From assembly GCF_006345805.1 (NCBI RefSeq), contig NC_043000.1, positions 18,166,001-18,230,000 of the forward strand: 64,000 nt of DNA, in the 5' to 3' direction. Below are positions 39,799 to 52,242 of this stretch, piece after piece. Each line of letters opens with the position of its first letter. Position 1 is the first letter of the stretch. Source of the stretch: Octopus sinensis. Taxonomy: Eukaryota. The notes beneath the pieces are model-generated. The model made no database searches. It worked only from the letters and a program-made list of their open reading frames with translations, and was not told where the DNA came from. The position numbers were made by a program, and so were the translations under genes.

Positions 39799-39840
39799 TA
39801 CAGTTGAAAAGGTCTCAAAATGACCGAAACCGGTACTGAA
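39799..39840 (+). ncRNA. Decayed hammerhead-like motif
   Basis: cag-TTGAAAA-ggtc(tcaaaat)gacc-GAAA-ccg-GTA-ctg. Confidence 0.4.
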
Positions 39841-40436
39841 ATGTTCACTATAAAATTATTTTAGCATTTTCTATTTTGACTTGTTTTTTTATATATATAT
39901 AAAATATAGGGTAATGAAATTTTAGAAATTTTCACTACCAGTGGCCTAGCATGTATAAAAGTTAATGGACAACATATTCTCCATATAAAATTAGCATACA
40001 TTTAAACACAAAAGAGGCAACCCTTAACAGGCAGCCTTACATGCTAGAAGGAGCAGTCAAAATGACCAAAACCACATTTAAGAGCAATTTCGAAGGGAAT
40101 GAAAAATAAAAACTTCTACCTTGTTGTTTTTTTTTTTTTTTTTTTTCACAGCCATACCTAGGTTTTGAATTCTAATTAGCAAATAAAATAATTTGCTAGG
40201 CGAAATTCTCATCAGTGGCTATGCCAAAACATTAACATAATTTAGAGACAGAATAACAAGTGTCTCATCATTATATATTATAATCTTTCAAATTCACCAC
40301 ACAAGAAGGCTGCCTGTTAAGGGTTACCACTTTTGTGTTTAAAAGTACACTAATTTTATATATATATGTATATATACACACAAACACACACACTCATTTA
40401 TATTATGCATATATGTTATACAAATTCTCTCTCTCT

Positions 40437-40478
<42 letters not shown>

Positions 40479-41010
40479 TAGATAGATAGATATAAACTAT
40501 GCACAAACACATATTTAGTGTGGATGCAAGAGAGAGATTGCGGGGTATGGGGTGCAATTTGAAGATAAAACGCAATATGTAGGAAAACTGGGTTACACAC
40601 ATACACCCACATTTTATATTTGCTTTGTGCATGTGTGTGTGTGTGCTTGCATGTGTATATATTCATGCATTCAAGTGAGTGCTAACATATGGTGAATAAA
40701 AAATATCAATTAATTATAAGATTGAATCAGATGTTATACAAATCTCGTCAAGGCAAAGATGACAACTCTGAAATTTTAATTAATTAACATTTGAATTATT
40801 CACAAACGACTGTTGTTAGTTAGCCCCGGTACTCTATGACGTCACCATTAGTAACTATGACTACATTATCCAACACTTGCTTCTTTTATGAGGCTAGGGT
40901 ATGATTTGAGCAAGATTTGGCAACTGTTTCTAGCAGGTCAAGCAATCACATGACCACTTGGAGATTCCTTTATTGGCTCGTTTGTACATGGTGTAAGTTG
41001 TATATATGTG

Positions 41011-41103
<93 letters not shown>

Positions 41104-41895
41104 GGGGAGGGAAAGAGAGAGAGAGAGACAGATACATACGTACAGGAGCACTGTCAGTTATGACGATGAGGGCCCCAGCTGATACGATCATTAACGGAAC
41201 AGCTTGCCCCTGAACTTAACATGCAAGTGGCTGAGCACTCCACAGACACGTGTACCCTTAACATAGTTTCAGGGAGATTCAGCGTGACACAGAGTGTGAC
41301 AAGGCTGGCTCTTTCAAATACAAGCACTACACCTTTTTGCTAGCTGAGTGGACTGGAGCAACATGAAATAAAGTGTCTTGCTCAAGGACACAATGCACCA
41401 TCGGGAATTGAAATCACAACCTTATGATCATGAGTAGAATGCCCTAACCACTAAGCCATGTGCCTTCATGTATATGTATATATATATATATATATATCCA
41501 TAAGTCATTTAGCCATTTACTTGTTTCAGTCATTTGACTGCAGCCATACTGGAGCACTGCCTTTAGTTAAACAAATTGACCTCAAGAATCATTCTTTGTA
41601 AGCCTAGTACTTATTCCATCAGTCTCTGTTGCTGCCCCGCTAAGTTACAGGGTTGTAAACACACTAATATTGGATGTCAAGCGATGAAGGGGGGACAAGC
41701 ACAGACACACAAACACACACACACATATATATACGATGGGCTTCTTTCAGTTTCCATCTGCCAAATCCACTCACAAGGCTTTGTTTGACCCGAAGCTATA
41801 GTAGAAGATACTTGCCCAAGGTGCCACACAGCAGAACAGTGTAGACAGTTCTTTAGCTGTACTTTCCTTTCCTTCTTTGGACTTTTCCCTTCTCC

Positions 41896-41928
41896 TTTCT
41901 GATGAAGAACTATGTTTGAAATGTCAAA
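41896..41928 (+). ncRNA. Minimal hammerhead-like motif in a related repeat (41850-42020)
   Basis: ttt-CTGATGAA-gaac(tat)gttt-GAAA-t-GTC-aaa. Confidence 0.45.
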
Positions 41929-43151
41929 AACTCTCTCTTTTTACTGAGTGTCAAGCTAACACGTTCCTTGTGCATGTCCTCTTGTTGTCACTTAATTTTA
42001 TTATTCGTTTATTTGAATTGACTTTCTCTCTCTCTCTATACAAACACGCACACACAGGGACTGAATCTCAAAACCTTCTGGTTGCAAAGCAAACTTCTTA
42101 ACCACACAATCATACCTGCATCACACACAGATATGAGAGAGAGAGAGACTTTAGTTGAAGAAATTGACCCCAGGACTTATTCTGTGTAAGCTTAGTACTT
42201 ATTCTATCGCACCAAACCAGGACATAAACAAACAACAATAGTTGTCAAGTGATGGTGGAGGGACAAACACACACACAAATACATACATATATACACGACG
42301 GCGTATGTGTGAATTTAAGGTGGCGAGCTGGTAGAAACGTTAGCACACCGGGCGAAATTCGTAGCCGTATTTCATCTGTCGTTACGTTCCGAGTTCAAAT
42401 TCCGCTGAGGTCGACTTTGCCTTTCATCCTTTCGGGGTCGATAAATTAAGTACCAGTTACACACTGGGGTCGATGTAATCGACTTAATCCCTTTGTCTGT
42501 CCTTGTTTGTCCCCTCTGTGTTTAGCCCCTTGTGGGTAGTAAAGAAATACATATATATATACGACGGGCTTCTTTCAGTTTCTGTGTACCAAATCCAATC
42601 ACAAGACTTATCACCACAAGGATATAGTAGAAGACTAAACCCGGAACCATGTGGCTGGTAAGCATGCCACTCCTGCGTCTATATATACATAACACATGAT
42701 ATAATTATATATCATAAACAGGGCAAATTTTAGCTGTTTCTCCACAGCTATTGGTTTCTCATCAGAGGGGTCTACATCATTCTAACAACCAAGAGAAACA
42801 AGCAGCCAAACTGTTAATATACTCAACAAATGCAGCAGTTACTCTATAAAGGAATCCCTAATTTGCACACTGAAAGTATTTAACACTCTATAAATACCAG
42901 TGGCCTGTCGACGGGGATTTTAGTCCACACAGTATCAAGGTATGATATAATAAATATGTAACATATGGTATAATTATAAAGAGGGCATATATATATATAT
43001 ATATATATATTTGGGAATAAATCCAAACTTACAGGGAAAAATCAGATTTAGGATTAAATCCAATTTTATAGTAAAATATCATATTATATTAAATTAGAGA
43101 TAAAACCACTATTAGGCAAATCATTGCTAAACCTTGCTAAGATAAATATTT

Positions 43152-43228
43152 CAATTACCTGAAGATTGACTGTAACCATAACTCGAATTATTACGAATTG
43201 TACAGCCATGAAACGATCGTAGTGTTTT
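43152..43228 (+). ncRNA. Type I hammerhead ribozyme motif, Penelope-like
   Basis: CTGAAGA (43159-65), stem II tgactgta/tacagcca, GAAA (43210-13), palindromic helix III ACGATCGT, GTA triplet. Lies between 43-bp inverted repeats. Confidence 0.55.
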
Positions 43229-43844
43229 ACTATTTATCTTCTATTAAACTTTTAATATTTTTGATATATATTTAAAATAATATAAATTAATTAATTTTAT
43301 GTATTGGCTTATGTTTTTCATTGTTTGATTTGCCTAATAGTGGTTTTATTTCTAATTTAATATAAGATATATATATATATATATATAATATGCACACACA
43401 CATTTGTGTACTAGTGTGTGTGTACATAATATGGATAATGTACGTGAGTTTGTGTAACATGAATGTAAATAACTGTTTTGATGTGTGTCATATGAAAATA
43501 TGTGTTAAGGAGGCAGTGTGAGTTTAGTGGCATTTAATATGAATGTGAGAAGAGCTGTGTGTTGTATGAATGTGTGAATTGGAAAAGATCCTGTGAATTT
43601 ATGGCATGGATAGCAGTGTGCATATATATATATATAAGGGGTTTTTTCCTTGTGTAGTATGTCCTGTACTCTGTTTTTCTGTTGTAAAAAAATGGTTTTT
43701 TACCGTTTTCGTTTCTCATTGAGTTCTACGTCTAGTTGTGGTGTCCTGTACTCACGTATATATATTTATATATGCATGTATATATACATGTAGATGTAGG
43801 TACGTACATATATGTTTGTATGTATGCATATATTTTATTTATTA

Positions 43845-43904
<60 letters not shown>

Positions 43905-44504
43905 AGGGATGTTTGTAAAGCGATTTGCTGTGTAAGGCTGGAACGATGTGAGAAGGTACAAAATAAATTTTCAAGAAAATTGGTTTCATGTGTGTGTGAC
44001 ACACACACACACACACATGCATGCGCACACACAAACACATAACTATGTATATTGAATATATATATTGTGTTCCACCTCTCTTTATAACCAATGTCCCTAA
44101 GTTCTCCTCCTCCTTCCTTCAAGGGTCAGGGCCACTGAGATAAAAACACACATCAAATCATGTTCTAAGGAGGAACCATGTTAGTGTCACATGCTTGATA
44201 AATTTCCATCAAGCCTGTGTAAGTGTGTGTGTGTGTGCGTGTGTGACACATCTTATAAAGTGGTGGTGGTGGTGGAGGTTAGAGAAGAGGGTGCTGACAA
44301 TGTAATATTTATCTCCTCTCCCTGTTCCCCTTACCCCCCCCCCCCGTCTACTATGGTCTTATTTTATCCTCAGACTTGTCTGAAGTGTTTGTTAAATGGC
44401 TGCCCCCCCCCACCTTTCATTCTACTGCTACCAGTTCTTTTACTATCATTACACTACCAAGACAACAACCACCATACCAAAATCCATTACAACAGTAAAA
44501 ACTG

Positions 44505-44628
44505 TAACCAAACACCACCACCACCACCAGCACCACCACTAGCACCACCACCACCAGCACCACCACTAGCACCACCACCACCGCCGCCACTGCTGCTGCT
44601 TCCACTACCACTGCCACCACCACCATTG
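44505..44628. repeat. (CCA)n-rich microsatellite
   Basis: Seen directly. Confidence 0.9.
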
Positions 44629-45026
44629 CTTGTTGACATAGATGGCATAGATTCTCTTAGTGTAGTGGGATGGAGAATGGCAGATGGGACATGAGGCTGC
44701 CCAGCTGAGCAATTTGCAAACCTATCTAACCTGTACCAGTTAGGACAAGCCAATTTGTAAAACCAAATAAAATAAAAAGCTTAATTATTGTTTCAGTAGT
44801 TCAATGAAGGTCCTCACTTTAGTTTGACTTATTGCTGGGAACAATAAAACGAAGACTTAAACAGCCATAGCTCACCATGTTGACACTGCGTCTATCTGTG
44901 GGCCAAAAAGACAAGATTTCTTACCAAATCACTAGCACTGCTTTGTCCATGAATTTAGGTCTGCCTTGACTGAACAGACATAATCAAAACCATTCCAGTC
45001 ATGACCATCCCCCTAGTGCATTCAGC

Positions 45027-45438
45027 GGATCTTTTCGATTTGAACGGCAGTTTTTACTAGCGGAGTCATATGAAATTGTCACCCATAATTATGACCCTAG
45101 TATTGATCTATTGCATTTAAATCTGTTTTAGGGTTAGGGGTGGGGGGAAGGGTATCTTTTTTTCTTCACAAATGTAAATAAACCTAATCTGTTTCTTAAA
45201 CGAGGGACATATTCATACAGCACAGAATGTTTTTTTACCTCAATAGATGTCAGTGATTGGTTGAAATTGCAGAAATTGAAGAAAAAAGACAACAAATATC
45301 TTTGAAACTATAGAATTTTCTCAATAAAGCCAAGAGAAAAAGATGTTTTATTAACACATTCTACCAGTATACGAAGTTTAAAATTTTTTAGTTACCTAGA
45401 AATTATGTTAAAAACTGCCGTTCAAACCGAAAAGATCC
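45027..45438. mobile_element. MITE with 8-bp TSD, Merlin-like
   Basis: TIR ggatcttttcgatttgaacggcagttttt / aaaaactgccgttcaaaccgaaaagatcc. Perfect TSD cattcagc (45019-26, 45439-46). Confidence 0.8.
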
Positions 45439-46025
45439 CATTCAGCATTACATTTATGTAATTCTACGTTGAATTTTTAAACAGTAAGGTGCAATTTGAG
45501 GGAAATATGGTTTCTCCTTTCTAGAAGGTCAAACAATGTAGAAGCTCACTTTCTAAGCAGTAAGTACTGTATGAAAAATCTCAGTAAAACTCTTTTGGCA
45601 TTACCTGCTTGGCATTGGTGATTCTACACTGACTTACTTGCTATCAAACATTTCAATGCTTCTCTTGTTCTCTCTCCTTTCGATTTTTGATTTTATGTGA
45701 ACATAGTTTTATGTATAATGTCTTTTTCTCTGCACCCGCACTATCCGTACGTGGTCGATGCCAGCGCCACCTTGACTGGCTTCCGTGCCAGTGGCATGTA
45801 AAAAGCACCAACTGATCGTGGCCGTTGCCAGCCTCCCCTGGCACCTGTGCCGGTGGCACGTAAAAAGCACCCACTACACTCATGGAGTGGTTGGCATTAG
45901 GAAGGGCATCCAGCTGTAGAAACACTGCTAGATGAAACTGGAACCTGGTGCAGCCTCCTGGATTCCCAGACTCTGGTTGAACCGTCCAACCCATGCTAGC
46001 GTGGAAAACGGACGTTAAACGATGA

Positions 46026-46059
<34 letters not shown>

Positions 46060-46225
46060 TACTTAAGTTAGATGCACCAGAATTTTGTATGGTGTTATCC
46101 ATATAAATCCATGGGGTGATTGTTCAACATTTTAAAACTGTTGTAATACTTACAATACTTAATAAAATAATGTAGCGTGAAACGATTGTACCAAATTACC
46201 AGAGATATTCTTGTTGCTTATTTTG

Positions 46226-46268
<43 letters not shown>

Positions 46269-46491
46269 GTATATATGCATGCAAATGTATGTGTGTCTTT
46301 CTTTCCAGTTCTAAAATGTACAGTCACCAAAACAAATTGAATATCCAGTCAACCATACCAAATCATCAATGTCCAAACAGCTGTGCCCAATTGTCTCACT
46401 CTGCAGTAAGCAGGTTCTAGAGATAAAAATAAATTTGTTGAAAGTTCTAAACATTTGTGCACTGGTGCTTAGCTTCGTTTTCCTAAAGTGG

Positions 46492-46553
<62 letters not shown>

Positions 46554-46849
46554 CATTTTCCTACAAGGAGTAGAATGACAGTCTATCACAAATAACATTT
46601 TAAGATCTGGTAGCTATTCTTGCAAGCTGAGTAAACTGAAACAATGTAGAATGAATTAGATGGTAACTAAGGAAAAGCTAATATATCCAAAGAATCCTTT
46701 GATATCACTGTTCAGGATTATGAAAGAACTTCAAAACAATTAGTAAATCCACACAAGCATTGTGTTTGTGTTTAACATTGCATTTAGCTCTGAATGGTCA
46801 AATACATCTAGCCATAAGTAGATAACACAGTCAAGTACCACAATACATA

Positions 46850-47255
46850 TGCATAGGAGCAGGAGTGGCTGTGTGGTAAGTAGCTTGTCTGCCAACCACA
46901 TGGTTCTGGGTTCAGTCCCACTGCATGGCACCTTAAGCAAGTGTCTTCTACTAAAGCCTCGGGTCGACCAAAGCCTTGTGAGTGAATTTGGTAGACGGAA
47001 ACTGAAAGAAGCCCATCGTATATATGTATATATATGTATGCGTGTGTGTGTTTGTGTGTCTGTGTTTGTCCCGTAGCATTGCTTGACAACCGGTGCTGGT
47101 GTGTTTATGTCCCCGTTACTTAGCGGTTCAGCAAAAGAGACTGATAGAATAAGTACTGGGCTTAGAAAAGAATAAGTCCCGGGGTCGAGTTGCTTGACTA
47201 AAGGCGGTGCTCCAGCATGGCCGCAGTCAAATGACTGAAACAAGTAAAAGAGTAT
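46850..47255 (+). mobile_element. SINE family A
   Basis: Full-length copy. Confidence 0.88.
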
Positions 47256-47710
47256 ACTCAATCAGTACATCCTTTCTAGCAGTAAGTAGGTACATCAGTG
47301 AAGTAGGGTCTATTTTACTGCTGTACCACAGGGAAATAGTGTCCTCACTGTAAGTAAATGCCACAGTGAGGGACAACCCTTCTAGTTGTAAGTAAGTACT
47401 ACAGCAGGGTATAATCCACCGAGTTGTAAGGTACCATAGCAAGGTTCAGTCAACTTAGCTGTAAGTGGGTACTACACTAAGGTATAATCCATCCATCTGA
47501 AATTAGGTACCACAAGAGGTATATAACCCACGACAGTAACTAGAAATAACAATGTGAAATTGGTAAAGCTGTCTGTAAATAGAGCAGCATCCTATTCAAG
47601 TCAGAATTTATCTTTCCTCACTTCATGTCAGTGGCAAGGAAACTATAATTTATAGGTTCTTGTGATTTACAAAAAAGACAGCTTAAGCACCCCTTCCACA
47701 CACAAACACA

Positions 47711-47876
47711 CAGGGCTGGCTCAAGGTAGCAGCAACTCGGGCAGTCACCTGGTTCACCAGGTGTTAGGGAGTGCCGAGGAGGTTGTGACAAACACAAGGA
47801 AATTTCCATGACCATCAGCTTGTACACACCAAAGTTTAGCTTGCTTGGGGTGCCAGCAACCTTGGGGCCGGCCCTG
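47711..47876. mobile_element. Small hAT-like MITE
   Basis: TIR cagggctggctcaagg / ccttggggccggccctg. Flanks caaacaca/cacacaca (7 of 8). Confidence 0.55.
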
Positions 47877-48059
47877 CACACACATTTACAACACTGCAGT
47901 TAATTATCATGTGATTTCATCAGAGAATCTTGTAACCTTGATCATTGTTGGGGCGCAACTGAAGAACTGATCTTCATATAAGAATTCTGTGGAAGAACAC
48001 ACTGGAATAGTTGAACTTAGGACTTGCAAACCTACACACCATTTAACAACTTTACAGTG

Positions 48060-48382
48060 ACGCTGCTGCTTTGAGGAATTTTTTGTTCTTCAAACACAGG
48101 GTACCTGTCTCTAACTGCGGAGTCACTCCCAAAAGCTCTATCTGTGACGATTTCATCTCAATCAAAGGAGAGGGGCTTTCTCCATCCGGGTTGCGGATCC
48201 GTGGAATAAGCTGCCGGACGAGATAGTGAAGATGCCGACGACTGCTCGGTTCAAAGTCTCCCTTGACCACAAATGGCCTGAACTCTTTGCATGAACACCA
48301 CCCTGTACATAACTCTATGTCCCCCTACATGGCCTTGCTTTTTGCTTTGTGAGCCAAAAAATTAAATTAACTTAACTTAACT
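48060..48382 (+). mobile_element. CR1/L2-like LINE 3' end
   Basis: LRSHSQKL..RFHLNQRRGAFSIRVADPWNKLPDEIV...FKVSLD, with a (TTAAC)n tail. Confidence 0.85.
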
Positions 48383-49617
48383 AGGTGGACCAGATCCTTT
48401 GGGAAGTCCTATCCACCAACATAGCACAGTCCAATGATAGCATATGAATTACCAAAGCCTGTGGCTAGCTATTCACAAAACTATCAATTTGTGCTCTAAT
48501 GTTTTTTATATATAGTCTTTTCTAAAGAAAAAAAAAACTCTTAAACGTGTCTTTTCATATGATTTTTCAGTATGTTACAACTTATAGATTTTTAAAAATC
48601 CATTAAAAATATTTTTAATCCATTAAATTCCATTTCTGAGTAAAGAAAAATAAAAGAGTTATTTTATTTCTGTCTACTTACTGAAATATTTGCTTTCAAT
48701 TTTAATGTTTTGTGTTCACTTTTTTTAATCACTTAGTAAAAAAAATACAAACACATACTCACTCTTCCACACACGTACTCATGAACAACATACATACATA
48801 CATGAACACACCCACACATATTCTCTCTAACACATACAGTATGTATGCAACTTAGCAAATACTTTAAAATTCATGCACAGAAATCTTTCACAAAAATGCT
48901 ATTTAAAATAATACAGCAGAAGGAATGTGTGTGTGTGTGTGTGTGTGTGTGTACCTATACACAAACATATATACACACATATACATGCACATTTTATATC
49001 ATATTCTAAAGTATCTATGTACGTTCTAGCCAAACAAAATAACTGACAGTGCCTAGGGCAAAGGTAAAGACTCAAGCAATTAATGTTGTAGAGAATTAAT
49101 GTCACAAAGTAATTCATTTATATTATGGTAAAGCTTCTTGATAAACAATGCTTTTTGTTTTCCCTTGTTGAGTATACACATACAAATTGTTTTGTGTTCT
49201 GACTCATGAGACAGCCAACATTATTGGCAATGGGAACACACACAGATCATCCAGTTGCAAATCACATCACCTTTAATATTTACTTCTGGGAGGGTGGCGA
49301 GCTGGCGGAATAATTAGCATGCTGGGCGAAATGCTTAGTGGTATTTCGTGTGTATGTTCTGAGTTCAAATTCCGCTAAGGTCGACTTTGCCTTTCGTCCT
49401 TTCGAGGTAACTTAAGTAGCAGTTGCATACTGGGGTCGATCTAATTGACTGGTCCCCTCCCTCGAAATTTCGGGCCTTGTGCCGAGAGTAGAAAAGAATA
49501 TTTACTTCTGAGATTTGTTGATGACCATAACAAAACACATACCACTCAGTGGTAAATACAACCCTTCAAAATCAAATAGGTTGTTACTGGGAACAACTGA
49601 AATTCATAAGATAAACA

Positions 49618-50449
49618 TAGGTGCAGGAGTGGCTGTGTGGTAAGTAGCTTGTTTACCAACCACATGGTTCCGGGTTCAGTCCCACTGTGTGGCACCTTGG
49701 GCAAGTGTCTTCTACTATAGCCTCGGGCTGACCAAAACCTTGTGAGTGGATTTGGTAGACGGAAACTGAAAGAAGCCCGTCATATATATGTATATATATA
49801 TATATATATGTGTGTGTGTATGCTTGTGTTTGTCCCCCTAGCATTGCTTGACAACCGAAGCTGGTGTGTTTATGTCCCCGTAACTTAGCAGTTCAGCAAA
49901 AGAGACCGATAGAATAAGTACTGGGCTTACAAAGAATAAGTCCTGGGGTCGAGTTGCTCGATTAAAGGCGGTGCTCCAGCATGGCTGCAGTCAAATGACT
50001 GAAACAAGTAAAAGAGTAATATCTTCACTAAGTGCAGGTACAGCAGTATGACATCAATTTTTAGATGATCAGTCCTTTGGCATTGTACAAATATGGAGAG
50101 CATCCAAATTCTTAAAAAAAAAAAAAAAAAAAAAGGTGGGGGGTTCTTTCTATGTTTACGAGTCTGTGGCTTCAGATGGTTGAGAAAGTTGTTGGGGTAG
50201 CTTAGAGCAGTCAACAGCAAGCTGCGGCCTTTGGGACTTTTTGAACGGTACACCTCACAAAAAATTACCTTAGAGGCGCAGGAGTGGCTGTGTGGTAAGT
50301 AGCTTGCTAACCAACCACATGGTTCCGGGTTCAGTCCCACTGCGTGGCATCTTGGGCAAGTGTCTTCTGCTATAGTCTCGGGCCGACCAAAGCCTTGTGA
50401 GTGGATTTGGTAGACAGAAACTGAAAGAAGCCTGTCATATATATGTATA

Positions 50450-50521
<72 letters not shown>

Positions 50522-50760
50522 ATATATATATAAGTGTGTGTGTATATGTTTGTGTGTCTGTGTTTGTCCCCCTAGCATTGCTTGACAACCGATGCTGGTG
50601 TGTTTACGTCCCTGTCACTTAGCGGTTCGGCAAAAGAGACCAATAGAATAAGTACTGGGCTTACAAAGAATAAGTCCCGGGGTCGATTTGCTCGACTAAA
50701 GGCGGTGCTCCAGCATGGCCGCAGTCAAATGACTGAAACAAGTAAAAGAGTAAAGAGTAA
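49618..50760 (+). mobile_element. Two SINE family A copies (49618-50018, 50274-50760)
   Basis: Same orientation, with internal (TA)n of variable length. Confidence 0.88.
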
Positions 50761-50789
50761 AGAGAGAGTGTTTTAATGCTGCAGCTCAC

Positions 50790-50874
50790 CTGACGATGAA
50801 CCACGTCTTATGCAGTCCACTCGTTAAAAAAGGTTGCCAATGCTTGGCTTTTTCTTTGAGATGTAAAAAAGTGT
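50790..50874 (-). CDS. Candidate 85-bp exon (TFLHLKEKAKHWQPFLTSGLHKTWFIV)
   Basis: tgtctgtag| ... CAG|gtgagc. One open frame, phase 1 to 2. No homology recognised. Confidence 0.3.
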
Positions 50875-51324
50875 CTACAGACACAATTTCATCACTAAGC
50901 ACTGATGAATAATTTGTGCAGTGATCATGTTATCAGCCTTATTACTTGCAGCAGGTATTGGCCTTTTACAGAGGAATTTGTATTTGTGGTAGTTGCATTG
51001 AATATCAAGAAAGAGATATAGGGCAAGAGTCTTTTGCTATAGATCCAGGCCAATTAAAGCCTTGTGAGTGGATTTGGGAGGCTGAAATTGGAAGAAGCCT
51101 GTCATATGCATACCTTTGTTTAGATATTATGTAATGGTTGTAAACAAGCACCACCATTATACAAGCAACATAGTTCATTTCAAGTCTCAATAGGGAAATA
51201 TTGTCTTGACTTGAAACTGGTAAGAGTTAGGGGCAGGAAGAGCATCTGGCAGAAGAAAAATTTGCCTCAACAAAGTATTCTACCCATGCATGTATGGAAA
51301 ATGCACTTTGAAGCTAAAATGATG

Positions 51325-51356
<32 letters not shown>

Positions 51357-51397
51357 ATATATGATTATATACATACATATACACATGCATACATACA

Positions 51398-51451
<54 letters not shown>

Positions 51452-52242
51452 AGTACATACATATAATATGGGTGGCTTATTAGCAATTTAACAACCTAAA
51501 GGCAAATTTACAGATGTCACTAAAATGACAGAGAGTACTAAGAAGTACCAGTATTGCTAGAAGTAAGAGTCAAAACAACTCAATAGCCACAGAAGCACTA
51601 TCTTAATGACTGGCAAGGGAGACAAGATCCCTAATGGACATAGCCAGATCACCGGTGATTTTGAATTTTGATGCTAGAACATCTTAATTCTCATCGGTGG
51701 CTCTTACTGTGCCTAGGGTTAAACTCAACTCACCTTGTCAGCTTAAAAGAAATCCATTGAACTCATATACTGATTTCAAAAACAGTAAAAGTGAAAACTA
51801 CAAATAATATGAGTAGCTTATTTTCAATATAACAACCTAAAGACATATTTATAGACGTCACTAAAGTGACATACATATATATGCCCTCTATTGGTCAAGG
51901 ATGACCATTCATCCATATATGTATGTATGGGCTTTGACAAGATTTTTGAGGCATACTAGCAGTTGTCTGTACATGCACATCTCCCTTCACTGCTACTTAT
52001 CCAAGGGAAAGACCACTGAATTTGGCAAATACAGCCTAGCACCAGTGTCATTGCAAGTATTGCTGTCAGAATGCAAAGAATGGAACAGATACCATAAAGC
52101 ATCTCGCCTTATTCTCTAATGGATTGGTACTTCTCTTTTATCAATCCTGAAAAGTTGATCTCAGTGAGATTTGAAGTCTGAGTCCAGAGACTTGGAACTT
52201 GTATTACAAAACAGTCTATCCAATGATGCAACACATCATATA

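Noticed and set aside
44191-44753. Poly-Pro and poly-Gly/Val ORFs
   Set aside because: Translations of a (CCA)n microsatellite.
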